NCBI GenBank assembly: GCA_964462875.1 | Contig: CAYWZQ010000009.1 | Coordinates: 3,618-67,617, forward strand | Direction of reading: 5' to 3' | Length of the DNA: 64,000 nucleotides | DNA from: an uncultured Nitrososphaerota archaeon | GTDB taxonomy: Archaea; Thermoproteota; Methanomethylicia; Culexarchaeales; Culexmicrobiaceae | Made by a program: the position numbers and the translations under genes | Shown here: positions 8,952-19,217 of the stretch, in pieces | Position numbering within the stretch: position 1 is the first letter of the stretch | Layout: each line of letters starts with the position of its first letter | The notes under the pieces: model-generated | The model's database searches: none | What the model saw: the letters and a program-made list of their open reading frames with translations, nothing else | Told to the model about the DNA's origin: nothing

Positions 8952-10568
8952 TCAGAGCTTCAGTGTAATATACTTGAGTATTACAGGTTCTAAATGCACA
9001 CTCAGCTTACCATCGATTAACTGAAACACTATTCTCTTCAACCAATTTACGTTATCCATTGTAACAAAATCATCTCTATAGTGAGCACCTCTGCTCTCAC
9101 ACCTCATTAAAGCAGCTCTAACCACCAATTCAGCTATTTCAATCATATTCCTTAGCTCAAACACCTCAATTAGATCAAGTGCCTTGGTTGCCTTGACATC
9201 ATTAAGTTTATCCCTCAATTCTCTAATCGAGGATTGAGCATCAATTAACTCATCACCTCTCCTAATAACACCACACTTATACCACATTATTCTCTTCAAT
9301 TCACTCTTCAATTGCCTAGCATCCAAAGTCCCTCTCTTAAACGATTCAATAGCCCTCTGATACTTAACCAATAAATCCTGACCATTAAAGCGCGCCTTCC
9401 TTTTCATCGAGAAAATTGCTGCCGATAAACCAGCTCTAGCACCAAAGACCACTGCCTCAGTTAATGCATTACCTCCGAGCCTATTGGCTCCATGAACACC
9501 TCCAACTACTTCCCCACAAGCATAGAGGCCTGGAACACCCGTTTCACAATCAACATTTACCTTTATACCACCCATTGTAAAGTGAGCAAGAGGAGCAATT
9601 CTAACCTTATCCATCTTAATACCCAACTTAATAGATAGAGAAGAGGCAAGCGATGAAAGAACCCTCGAGACTTCACCTTCAGCCACTCTGCTTAAATCAA
9701 TAATAAGAGATTCGCCAACACCCCTACCCTCAATTATTTCTCGCCAGATAACTCTTGACAGCAAGTCCCTATGCTTAATAGCAGCAATGTGTAGTGGCGT
9801 CTTAATACCATGCTTTTCCAGCACATCCTCTCCAAGAGCATTCACCAGCTTCCCCTGCACAGCAGGGAAAATCCATGTGGGCATGCCATCCTCAGCTAAA
9901 CCCAATGGAAAGAATTGAACAAACTCCATATCAATTAGCTTTGCACCAGCCCTCAAAGCCATAGCACAACCATCACCAGTTACTCTCACAGGATTATCGC
10001 TCCTCATGAAAAGCTGACTATAACCTCCAGTTGCCAACACTATTGCATTACATTGAAAAACCTCAATTTCGCCGGAGCGAGTATTTAGTGCTATTAGCCC
10101 ATTGACACCATCATCCACAACTAAATCAAGCGCCATATATCCATCAATAAATTGAACACCGAGCTTTCGAGCAAAATCAGCTAATGGACCTACTAGAGAA
10201 AGCCCGGTCATTAAGGGTGGACCCTCAACATAAACTCCTCCATCACGCAGCTTCAGGTCAACACCAAAGCTCCTTAGCTCTAACAGTCTCTTAGGAGCCT
10301 CCAAAACCATAGCTCTGACAAGCTCTTGATCATTAATGAAGCATCCGCCAAGAATTGTTTCTTCAAAATGCCTCTCAACACTATATTTGCCAAAAGCAGC
10401 TCTAAAGCCTCCACCAGCATAGAGAGTTGACGAGGCATATCCGATGGGAGCTTTAGATAAAATTGCAACTCTAGCACCCATTCGCGCAGCCTCAATTGAG
10501 GCTCTGAGTCCAGCTGCTCCACCACCGACAACTATAACATCGAAAACTTGCAAGAAATCACCACTCAC
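8952..10568 (-). CDS. SdhA/FrdA/NadB-family FAD-dependent oxidoreductase
   Basis: GGGAAG, LATGG, TGDG, HFTMGG, HGANRLGGNAL, ESRGAHYR; no Fe-S partner adjacent. Confidence 0.85.
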   Translation of the reverse strand: MSGDFLQVFDVIVVGGGAAGLRASIEAARMGARVAILSKAPIGYASSTLYAGGGFRAAFGKYSVERHFEETILGGCFINDQELVRAMVLEAPKRLLELRSFGVDLKLRDGGVYVEGPPLMTGLSLVGPLADFARKLGVQFIDGYMALDLVVDDGVNGLIALNTRSGEIEVFQCNAIVLATGGYSQLFMRSDNPVRVTGDGCAMALRAGAKLIDMEFVQFFPLGLAEDGMPTWIFPAVQGKLVNALGEDVLEKHGIKTPLHIAAIKHRDLLSRVIWREIIEGRGVGESLIIDLSRVAEGEVSRVLSSLASSLSIKLGIKMDKVRIAPLAHFTMGGIKVNVDCETGVPGLYACGEVVGGVHGANRLGGNALTEAVVFGARAGLSAAIFSMKRKARFNGQDLLVKYQRAIESFKRGTLDARQLKSELKRIMWYKCGVIRRGDELIDAQSSIRELRDKLNDVKATKALDLIEVFELRNMIEIAELVVRAALMRCESRGAHYRDDFVTMDNVNWLKRIVFQLIDGKLSVHLEPVILKYITLKL

Positions 10569-11116
10569 AAACCCAGCTCATCAGCTATATCCTTCAAAGC
10601 CGAAAGGCTCAATTCAAGAAACTCGCCTAAATCAATACCTAGCTTTTCACACAACAGTATTTTAGCTCTATCAACACCCCTTGCAAAATCTTTTTGCTTA
10701 AACTTCTTCTTCAAGCTCTTAACTTTAACCTCACACAGCTTCTTATTCGGCATTACGAGAGCAGTTGCAATCACTAAGCCAGAAACGTGATCAGCGGCTC
10801 TTAGCGCTAGGGCCAGCTTGGTTTTTGCCTCAAATCCAAGATTTTCATTATGACATTTAATTGCCTCAAGCGCTTCTTCAGGCAATTTATTCTTCAATAT
10901 CTCAATAGTCTTTAATCCATGAACATTCAAGTCCCCACCAGTCAACTCGTAGTCTAGGTCATGAAGTAATCCCGTTAACCCCCAAAGCTCAACATCCTCA
11001 CCTAGCCTTTCAGCCAACTTCTTCATAATAGCTTCAACAGCAAGCATGTGTTTAAACAGCTTATCACTCTTAATATACTCCTTAATTAGGCTTAGCGCAG
11101 ATCCCCTATCAATCAT
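10565..11116 (-). CDS. HD/HDIG-domain phosphohydrolase
   Basis: KHMLAVEA, GLLHDLD, H..H..D metal ligands. Confidence 0.85.
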   Translation of the reverse strand: MIDRGSALSLIKEYIKSDKLFKHMLAVEAIMKKLAERLGEDVELWGLTGLLHDLDYELTGGDLNVHGLKTIEILKNKLPEEALEAIKCHNENLGFEAKTKLALALRAADHVSGLVIATALVMPNKKLCEVKVKSLKKKFKQKDFARGVDRAKILLCEKLGIDLGEFLELSLSALKDIADELGL

Positions 11117-11322
11117 AAAGACACCCCTTAATTCAGATTAACTCTCAGTCTAAAACATTTAAATTAGTGTTCACCAGACACGCTTATTAACCTAAGCTTC
11201 CAAGAACTTTGCAGAATCACTAGAACATTATCCAATGACTGAAATACATGCTGAACCAATGATCCTCCCCATCTCACGTCAAGTAAGTACGAAGTTAATT
11301 GCGCTCATGTAGGCGGTAGAGT

Positions 11323-12462
11323 ATGTGGAGAGTACTGCTAATATCATTCCTATCAAGCTTCACTTTAGGGGGCCTTGGACTTGCAGTACCACTTGTTCTA
11401 CTAGAGAAAAATATCAGTTTAACCGAGATAGGAGCCATCATGTCAATTCTACCGTTAGTATTTCTTTTCGTTAGAATTTTGTTTGCAGCTTTAGCGGATC
11501 AAGTTGGTTGGTCACCAATGTTTCTCGTCAACTGGATCTCACTTTTAACAGCAACTACAATATATTTACTGGCCAGCTCACCAATAGACTTCGCCATAGG
11601 TAAAGTACTAGAGGGGATTTCCGTATCAGCATACTGGGCTGTAAGCAGAACTGCAACATACCTCCTATCACCAAGTAGGGAAGCTGGAGAGGCCACAAAG
11701 GTTATTGGAGTAGTCGTGCTTGGTGGAGCGCTAGGAGCAGCTATTACTGGTGCAGTTATGTCTAAGTTTGGTGCGCATAGCGCATTTAGTCCACTCATAA
11801 TAGCATCAGTACTACTAATCTACCCAACAATAGCCCTATGGAACGTTGGAACGAAAAGATCCAAAATCAATCTAACCCAAATACTTGGGGCTCTAGACCC
11901 AAGGGGGAAGGGGAGGGATTTCTGGAATGTTTCAATCATAATGGCAATCAATAGCTTAGCCAGATACCCACTACTATCATTAGTATTACCAGTCTTCATG
12001 TCCAAGGAAATGGGCTACGATTACATGGCGATTGGGATGGCCTTCATGGCATATAACATAGCGACAGCACTTACAGTGTTCCTTACCATGAAATTGCCAT
12101 TAAGCTTTATAAGAGCAGTGATTCAAAGCGTAATATACTTTATTGCATGCGTAGCCCTCCCAAGCTCAAAAATATTACTACCACTATACATAACCGGATT
12201 AGCTATTGCAAGTGGACTTGGAACACGCTTCTACGAAACTATCATAGCTGAAGTAAGCAAGCATAGAACTAAAACATTATCGATAGATATAGGAATATTA
12301 CACATACCCATGCGAATAACAGAATTCTCATCCCTCATTCTATTCAGCATAATAGTTGAAAGTCTTGGATATCAAGTAACACTCATTCTATCAGGGCTAG
12401 CCTACATGGCATTCTCAATTCTATCGTATATTCAATTGAAAAAGAGAAGTAGGATATCATAA
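11323..12462 (+). CDS. MFS-type transporter
   Basis: About 12 hydrophobic segments, ALADQVG motif-A-like loop. Confidence 0.75.
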   Translation: MWRVLLISFLSSFTLGGLGLAVPLVLLEKNISLTEIGAIMSILPLVFLFVRILFAALADQVGWSPMFLVNWISLLTATTIYLLASSPIDFAIGKVLEGISVSAYWAVSRTATYLLSPSREAGEATKVIGVVVLGGALGAAITGAVMSKFGAHSAFSPLIIASVLLIYPTIALWNVGTKRSKINLTQILGALDPRGKGRDFWNVSIIMAINSLARYPLLSLVLPVFMSKEMGYDYMAIGMAFMAYNIATALTVFLTMKLPLSFIRAVIQSVIYFIACVALPSSKILLPLYITGLAIASGLGTRFYETIIAEVSKHRTKTLSIDIGILHIPMRITEFSSLILFSIIVESLGYQVTLILSGLAYMAFSILSYIQLKKRSRIS

Positions 12463-13263
12463 TTTCAATAGCTCGCTATAGAGGTCAATTCTTCTATCTT
12501 TGAATACATGATTTAACTCCGTAATCCACTTATTCCTAGCCAATGATACATTAATTTGAACTACTTTGACTTCCTCCTCATTTTCACTTGCTCTTGCAAG
12601 CACCTCCATTTTGGGGCTCGTAACTTGACTCATTCCGGTAAATTTAAGGCTCATCCCTCCACGGCATTCAATTCCAATCCTATTGGCTGTTATTGTGTAC
12701 ACTCTATTTTCTATGGATCGTGCAAGCATCACTTTATGAGCATATGGCAACACCAAATTTGCTGGATGACAAATTATATCTGCTCCTTTAAGCGCCAGTA
12801 TTCTGCAGGCCTCTGGAAAACACCAGTCAAAGCAAATTATTACTCCTATCTTTGCTAAACCAATGTCAAATACTTGAAAACCAGTATCTCCAGGGGCAAA
12901 TACTTCTTTCTCCCTATAGAATAGATGAGCCTTCCTATACTTACCAATAAAACCGTTCGGGCCAACGATGATGGCGGAATTATAAACTTTGCTCTGAGAA
13001 AGTTCAGCAATTCCTGCCACAATAAAAGTCCTAGTCTTCTTAGCAACTTTAATAAGCTTTTGAGTAGTGTATCCTGAAGGTATCTCCTCAGCTAGCTCTC
13101 TCGCCTCCCACCTATCCACGAATAAATATCCAGTGTTAAACAGTTCTGGGAGTACAAGTAAATCTGCATCAACACCCTCTATGAAAGCCACAGCCCTATC
13201 GACATTATCCTCTACTTCACCGAATTTCGGATTTAATTGAATAAAGCCTATTTTCAAGCCCAA
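12457..13263 (-). CDS. Nitrilase/carbon-nitrogen hydrolase
   Basis: Catalytic triad context LPELF, YRKAHL, IICFD; ARSIEN. Confidence 0.9.
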   Translation of the reverse strand: MGLKIGFIQLNPKFGEVEDNVDRAVAFIEGVDADLLVLPELFNTGYLFVDRWEARELAEEIPSGYTTQKLIKVAKKTRTFIVAGIAELSQSKVYNSAIIVGPNGFIGKYRKAHLFYREKEVFAPGDTGFQVFDIGLAKIGVIICFDWCFPEACRILALKGADIICHPANLVLPYAHKVMLARSIENRVYTITANRIGIECRGGMSLKFTGMSQVTSPKMEVLARASENEEEVKVVQINVSLARNKWITELNHVFKDRRIDLYSELLKL

Positions 13264-13278
13264 GTACCCTTGTAAAAT

Positions 13279-14484
13279 TCATGTTGGAATTATTAGCTCT
13301 TCTAAATTCCTTGGATAATAGGTTACTACCTCCACTCCATCCTCAGTTATTATGACAGTGTCAGAATGCCTAAAACCTGCAAATCCAGGTATGTAGATGC
13401 CAGGCTCACAGCTGAATACCATTCCGGGCTTCAAAATCGTTTCATCACCATCCTCTATCCATGGAGGCTCATGGCCCTCAAGTCCAATACCATGCCCAAC
13501 CCTATGAAGAATATACTCTTGAGGAACTCCCTCCTCCTTAAACACCTTGAAAGCAGCCTTATTAACTTCACATGCCTTAATTCCTGGCTTAAATGCATTT
13601 AGAGCTGCCTGCTGAGCCTTAACCATAATGTTGAAGTATTTAACTTGCTTCTCGCTTGGCTTACCGACAATCATAGTTCTCTCAAGCTCCGCACTATAAC
13701 CACCCACATTAGCTCCAGCACCAGTTACCAGTACATCACCCTCCTTAATTACCATGCTCCCAGCAAGCATGTGAGGATAAGCCGAATAGGCACCTATTTG
13801 ACCACGAAAACCAGCTCGGGCAGGTAGGGATGTCCCTGGATCATATTCTGGACCTAAAGCCTTTATCATAGCAACTGAAGCTTCATAGCTAGCCCTCATT
13901 GCAACTTCAGTTTCAATCAAACCTGGAGCAGTATAGTCTTGCAGAAGCCTATGAGCTAAATTAGCCCACTTAGCGCTTTCCCTAATTAAATCGAGCTCCT
14001 CCTCATCCTTAATCAGTCTCATCTCATCAATTAGCTGTGGCATAATAGTTATTTTGGCCTTCGGAAGCAGCTCACTCAGCTTTGGCCCCCGATAACCCAT
14101 CACACCTCCATAACCAGGTGCATCAGCTGCAATATTCTTTTCATGCAACTTCATTTCCTCTAATGCTTTAGCTAAAACCTTCATTGGATGCTCTACACCA
14201 GGATACTCAAAGTAAACTATTCTCTTCTTAACATGCGGTACTCTAAACTTCGAATGCTCCTCTTCAAGCTTTGGTACGAAAAGGGCAGTTTCATCGTCAA
14301 CTGGAACTATCAGAGCTATGGGCCTCTCCGTTGGTATCACTCGATAGCCCGTCAAATAGAATATTCTTATGGGACTGAAGAGTATTAGTGCATCCAAATT
14401 CTTTGACTCGAGAACTTTCCTCACTTTCTCAATTCTATTCAAATAGTTCTTAATGCTAATTGAAAACCTACCCATAATATACAC
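13279..14484 (-). CDS. M24 (Xaa-Pro peptidase/creatinase-like) family protein
   Basis: Creatinase-type N-domain, RLIKDEEE, HRVGHGIGLEGHEPP, EPGIY; acidic metal ligands altered. Confidence 0.85.
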   Translation of the reverse strand: MYIMGRFSISIKNYLNRIEKVRKVLESKNLDALILFSPIRIFYLTGYRVIPTERPIALIVPVDDETALFVPKLEEEHSKFRVPHVKKRIVYFEYPGVEHPMKVLAKALEEMKLHEKNIAADAPGYGGVMGYRGPKLSELLPKAKITIMPQLIDEMRLIKDEEELDLIRESAKWANLAHRLLQDYTAPGLIETEVAMRASYEASVAMIKALGPEYDPGTSLPARAGFRGQIGAYSAYPHMLAGSMVIKEGDVLVTGAGANVGGYSAELERTMIVGKPSEKQVKYFNIMVKAQQAALNAFKPGIKACEVNKAAFKVFKEEGVPQEYILHRVGHGIGLEGHEPPWIEDGDETILKPGMVFSCEPGIYIPGFAGFRHSDTVIITEDGVEVVTYYPRNLEELIIPT

Positions 14485-14529
14485 CGATTTAAAATATTTG
14501 CAACTTAATTTTAAAACCTAATTACTGCA

Positions 14530-15495
14530 TTAAAGAATGGTTGTCCTAACGAGCTCCGCAGCCTCACTCATTAACCTCATTTTCAATACCGCAGTTCTCT
14601 GAGCCTCATCCTCACTCCCAAATGCCTGCCTAAACCCCTTAAAACCGCAGTCAGGCGCTAGAAAAAGTCGCTCAAAACCGAAAACTTCACCGGCATGCTT
14701 AATGAAACCTACAACTTCATCCACACTCTCGACCTCAATATCACCATTCTTCGGAACTGTTTGAACACAACCCAAACCCAATAACTTATCATAAGACTCC
14801 AAATCTCTCCTACTATAAGCAGCTAGATTTCTCGGAAAGCCCTTAAACTCGTGATGTAAAATCTTGGCCGATGTTTGAAGCAAAATACTTGCAAAACCCC
14901 TAATATCACCACATACATGAACTCCAACAAGCTTACCCTTTGCAGCAGCCTTACTAAGAGGTTTACTTATGGCCTTAATCAGGAGGTCCTCTTCCACCCC
15001 CATGAATGAAGCATATGGAAGAGAAGGCTCATCTATAAAAACCACCTTAACTTCTCGAGGCTCTGATAACTGGTCAACAATACCAGTAACAGCATCAATA
15101 AACTCCTCAACAACACTTTCATAGCTCAAAGCAACCATCTTATCAGTTACTTTGGTTACTGAGGCAAGAGTTAATGGTCCCGTAACTTGAACTTTCAATG
15201 AAACCTCCCCGCGAACTTTCTTCAGGACCTCTATTGCCTCGTGCAGCTGATGCACTACTCCGCTTACTCTCGGAGTTTTAATTGATGAAACTAACCACGC
15301 AGTATCGCCAACTACTTCAATACCGCACTTATTCCTTGAAAACTCTTCAAGAAAAAGCATGCAAAAATCCTTTAACTGAGGTAGAGCTGGAAAAGTAATA
15401 TTACACATAACTTGATCTAATAAGGCTCTTCTAAAGTTTTCAGCAGTAGGTGATAAGGGGAAACTTCCGATAGTAGTTGTCGGTAGCATACACAA
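14530..15495 (-). CDS. Single-domain (core) MetE-like methionine synthase / corrinoid methyltransferase
   Basis: TTTIGSFP, VTGPLTL, IDEP, Zn ligands HVCG and APDCG. Confidence 0.75.
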   Translation of the reverse strand: MCMLPTTTIGSFPLSPTAENFRRALLDQVMCNITFPALPQLKDFCMLFLEEFSRNKCGIEVVGDTAWLVSSIKTPRVSGVVHQLHEAIEVLKKVRGEVSLKVQVTGPLTLASVTKVTDKMVALSYESVVEEFIDAVTGIVDQLSEPREVKVVFIDEPSLPYASFMGVEEDLLIKAISKPLSKAAAKGKLVGVHVCGDIRGFASILLQTSAKILHHEFKGFPRNLAAYSRRDLESYDKLLGLGCVQTVPKNGDIEVESVDEVVGFIKHAGEVFGFERLFLAPDCGFKGFRQAFGSEDEAQRTAVLKMRLMSEAAELVRTTIL

Positions 15496-15521
15496 ATTTT
15501 ATGCAGAGCTTTGATATAAAT

Positions 15522-16100
15522 CTAGGCCTTCTCGCCAGTAGTTGAGGCCATTTCTCTAAGCTCATCGATACTATCTCTATAGCCACTAACCATCAACACA
15601 TCGCCTGCCCTAACAAGATAGCTAGCTGGTGGATTTCTAATCCACTCACCGTCAACCCTCTTAACAGCTAAAACCCTGATTCCCATCTCATCTAATGCAA
15701 GCTCCTCTAGGCTTTTACCATCAAGTTCACTTTTCTCTTCAACTCTAACCATTGCAATGCTCTCTTCAACCTCGTGAAAGACCTTTTGAAGTATTGGATG
15801 AGGCTTTAGCCCTCTAAGAACAACATCAGCTATTGAAGCTGCTGCATCAGAAATAGCTTCAGCAGATAAACCAAATCTTATTAAGCCAAGAATGCCCTTT
15901 TCCTCACCTTCACGCTCCCTTAACTTCAAGACTTCTAATTCAAACTCAGTATGCAGTTCATCCACTTCCTCCTCCAACCTCATAACTTCTTCAGCTAAAG
16001 CCTTGTTATTAAAGAGTAGCGCGGAGTAGGCCAAATCTATCATGGTCCTTGAAGTATCAAGCAATCTCCATAGTAGATCTTTAATTCTATCTAAACTCAG
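15522..16100 (-). CDS. PhoU-domain + TrkA_C (RCK_C) protein
   Basis: MIDLAYSALL..EAISDAA PhoU-like helices, then RCK_C (GIRVLAVKR..GDVL). Frame is open up to a CTG at 16100 overlapping the upstream stop; track start is 16064. Confidence 0.8.
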   Translation of the reverse strand: MSLDRIKDLLWRLLDTSRTMIDLAYSALLFNNKALAEEVMRLEEEVDELHTEFELEVLKLREREGEEKGILGLIRFGLSAEAISDAAASIADVVLRGLKPHPILQKVFHEVEESIAMVRVEEKSELDGKSLEELALDEMGIRVLAVKRVDGEWIRNPPASYLVRAGDVLMVSGYRDSIDELREMASTTGEKA

Positions 16101-16729
16101 TTCTCAATCACCTCTTCCCAATTTTTAATTTCACCTGAAGCAGCCTTCACGAAATCCTCAATGCACGAAGATGGTCCCTTAACAATCACTACATCACCTT
16201 CATGGAAGACTTCAAAGTCGTCTGGGTCAATTATTAGCTCTTTACCCCTCCTAATTGCTATAACATAAATCCCCAGCTCGACATCCAAATCTAATTCGCC
16301 AATAGACTTCCCAATTAAACATGAACCATTTGATATCACAACTTTCCTATATCTAGGCTCAATTTTCTCAAAAACTTCTCTAACTGATTGATGAATACCT
16401 AGCCTCTTCAGAACCACTTGAGTTATATCTGAAACAGCATTTGAAATTTCATCCATCGCTATGGCAACTCTAATGACACTTGACATAGCTTCAGCATCAC
16501 TTCGATCTCTAACAGCCAAAGCCGCGCTCATCCATAATTGATAAAGCAGACCATCCATTTCCCGCTCCAATTCTAAAACTTCACTCGCCAACTCCTCATC
16601 ATTTAGCAGAACAGAGGCATAAGCCAGGTCAATCATTAATCCGCAGATGTTCTTCATTTCCCTTAAGACTTCCCTAACAGACATAGGTTTAACATGAGAA
16701 AGAGAACTTCTACCCATACTGCCTCTCAT
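16097..16729 (-). CDS. PhoU-domain + TrkA_C (RCK_C) protein, paralog
   Basis: LMIDLAYASVL..DEISNA, RCK_C GIYVIAIRRG..GDVVIVKG. Confidence 0.8.
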   Translation of the reverse strand: MRGSMGRSSLSHVKPMSVREVLREMKNICGLMIDLAYASVLLNDEELASEVLELEREMDGLLYQLWMSAALAVRDRSDAEAMSSVIRVAIAMDEISNAVSDITQVVLKRLGIHQSVREVFEKIEPRYRKVVISNGSCLIGKSIGELDLDVELGIYVIAIRRGKELIIDPDDFEVFHEGDVVIVKGPSSCIEDFVKAASGEIKNWEEVIEN

Positions 16730-16807
16730 AGTTAATCTTTAAACCCCCACTCCACAAGGTACAGGATTCACCATAAAAACTATTGGATACAAAATATAAG
16801 GAGATTG

Positions 16808-17953
16808 CTATAGCAAATGCATTAAACTCACAATAAGTAAAGTACCAAGAAAGTCAGATAATGAACTAACGATGGGTATCACTAAGTTATCTGGATCCCA
16901 TCCCCTATTATAAGCCACAATTCCTATCACAAAAGAAACAGCCACCACCAATGGCACTCCGACCATGCCAACCATGATGCACAGCAGAATCATAGATTGC
17001 AAAACCACAGACAAGCCAATAGATATACAAAAAGCAAATGCAAGAGAACCATATAACGAATACAAGAGCAGTGATGAAGAGTAAACTCCTAGAACATCTA
17101 ATAATAAATACTTAAAAGACGACAAAGATGGATAAAGCAAGCCGAGTGCAAGACGAGTAGTGGTTAGAGAGCCAATAATGGAGCCGACAGCGCCCAAGGC
17201 ATTAAGCAATACTGGATAAACAACAATAACCTCAGGCTTCATTTGGATGGCATACTTATAATGAGCCAGAATAACTCCATTAATAACACCATCCAGACTA
17301 GTTAAGATCACCACTGGAGTCGCCTCCCTTATAGTTGAGCTATAAGACCGCAATTTCCAATCAGTTCTAGAGGCAATTAAAATAATTATTAAAAGCAAGA
17401 ATGCAAACAAGAGGAAAAGCGAGATAAAGTTACCTGTCAATGCAATGGTCAACAAAATAACTATTGAATAGCTCACTGCAACAAGTACATCATTCATGAT
17501 CGCAATCACGGGATAAACCACTACATCCGGGTCAAATCCCCTTCTGAAACTACTAAATGCCGTTACTAAGGTTATTGGCATGGATAGCCCCGTAGATAGT
17601 AGGCAAGCAACTATAGGTACCAATGCGAAATATGGTAGATCAGCTAAGCAGGCATTTTCAGCAAGAAAGTTTATTATAAACGTCAAGAAGCCCATCGCCA
17701 GTGAATCTATGTAAGTTAGTGCAAAAAGAGACTTAATCAATGCATAGAAATCCCTCGTATTACCAATAAATTTAGGTTCAACTTCACCGGTATGTAGCAT
17801 AGTTGAAATTCTACCAGAAAGAACACCACTAATATCGCCTCTAAGTGATAGAATCGATGGATATAAAGCGAGAATCCATGGAAGCGATATGAACAGGCCC
17901 TTAAAGCTAGAAATAACACCACCAGAAAACATACCACCAATACTAAAACTCAA
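16808..17953 (-). CDS. mgtE: MgtE/SLC41-type divalent cation transporter (duplicated membrane domain)
   Basis: Two repeats with GFDPDVVVYP..ND and GWDPDNLVIP..SD; frame is open upstream to a CTG at 18007. Confidence 0.78.
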   Translation of the reverse strand: MSFSIGGMFSGGVISSFKGLFISLPWILALYPSILSLRGDISGVLSGRISTMLHTGEVEPKFIGNTRDFYALIKSLFALTYIDSLAMGFLTFIINFLAENACLADLPYFALVPIVACLLSTGLSMPITLVTAFSSFRRGFDPDVVVYPVIAIMNDVLVAVSYSIVILLTIALTGNFISLFLLFAFLLLIIILIASRTDWKLRSYSSTIREATPVVILTSLDGVINGVILAHYKYAIQMKPEVIVVYPVLLNALGAVGSIIGSLTTTRLALGLLYPSLSSFKYLLLDVLGVYSSSLLLYSLYGSLAFAFCISIGLSVVLQSMILLCIMVGMVGVPLVVAVSFVIGIVAYNRGWDPDNLVIPIVSSLSDFLGTLLIVSLMHLL

Positions 17954-18140
17954 AGCTATAGATGACTGAATGAAAATTCTCCGAAAATGCTTAAATCTAG
18001 ATTCCAGCCCTATTGCCCCACAACAATCATCTCCATCAACTGCTCAGTTTAAACAAGATTAAAACTCCTTTATAGTTTTCGTCTGAAGCATATCGTTTTA
18101 AGTTCATAAATTAATGAAAAAGTAATGGGGGCAATTTGCC

Positions 18141-19160
18141 GTGAATGAAGTTAGTAAGGAGGTAATTGAAGAAGCAAGAAAACTGCATGAGGAGTCAATC
18201 GTTATCGATGCACATTGCGATTCAATACTACACACAGTACCTAGAATACATAAACCGGACTGGAAAACCAGATCTTTAATCGTAAAGAGTAGTGAAGGAC
18301 ATGTAGACTTTCCAAGATTAATTGAAGGAGGAGTTACATGTCAATTCTTCGCAGTCTATGTTGACCCGCCCTACAAGCCGGAAAGAGCAACTGAAAGAGC
18401 ACTAGAAATGATTAGCTCATTCTATGTTGAAGTAGAAAAGAGCAAGAATAAAGTTTTAATTGTCGACAATAGCAATGACATAGTTAAAGCTAAAGAAGAA
18501 AACAAATTAGCAGCATTACTATCACTCGAGGGAGGAGAACCAGTACAATATAATCCAATACTCCTGAGAGCATTCCATAAATTAGGTATTAGATCCATGT
18601 CATTAACGTGGAATGAAAGAAATATGCTTGCAGATGGAGTTTCTGAAGCAAGAACTAGGGGAGGACTAACATCTTTAGGTCTGAAAACAATAGAATTAAT
18701 GGAAAAGCTAGGAATAATAATTGATGTATCACATATAAGTGAATCAGGATTTTGGGATATCATCGAAAATACGCATAAACCTATAATAGCATCCCACTCA
18801 AATTGCAAGGCAATATGCAATCATCCAAGAAACCTATCAGACGAGCAAATAAAGGCCATTGCAGAAAAGGGAGGTGTTATAGGGATAAACTTCTACCCCA
18901 AATTCTTAACTAAAGAAGAAAAAGCTACAATAGAGGACATAATAAGACACATAGACCACATAGATAAGTTGGTGGGAATTAATCATGTTGGACTCGGCTC
19001 CGACTTTGATGGCATATCCACAACACCTGAGGGATTAGAAGATGTTAGTAAACTACCCATGTTAACGGCCAAAATGCTTGAACACGGATACTCGAAAAAT
19101 GATGTTAAGAAATTTCTAGGAGAGAACTTCCTTAGAGTAATACGTGAAGTGATCGGCTAA
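18141..19160 (+). CDS. Membrane dipeptidase family (M19)
   Basis: DAHCD, SLEGG, LTWN, DVSH, ASHSN, HPRNL, GSDFDG. Confidence 0.92.
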   Translation: MNEVSKEVIEEARKLHEESIVIDAHCDSILHTVPRIHKPDWKTRSLIVKSSEGHVDFPRLIEGGVTCQFFAVYVDPPYKPERATERALEMISSFYVEVEKSKNKVLIVDNSNDIVKAKEENKLAALLSLEGGEPVQYNPILLRAFHKLGIRSMSLTWNERNMLADGVSEARTRGGLTSLGLKTIELMEKLGIIIDVSHISESGFWDIIENTHKPIIASHSNCKAICNHPRNLSDEQIKAIAEKGGVIGINFYPKFLTKEEKATIEDIIRHIDHIDKLVGINHVGLGSDFDGISTTPEGLEDVSKLPMLTAKMLEHGYSKNDVKKFLGENFLRVIREVIG

Positions 19161-19217
19161 TATGCAATGAAACTTAAGAGCAGAGATTAAGTACAAGTAC
19201 TTGGAAGAGGCGATATT

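Noticed and set aside
11225..11300. Possible second C/D sRNA (ATGACTGA..CTGA..ATGATCC)
   Set aside because: Boxes degenerate, spacing wrong, no terminal D box.
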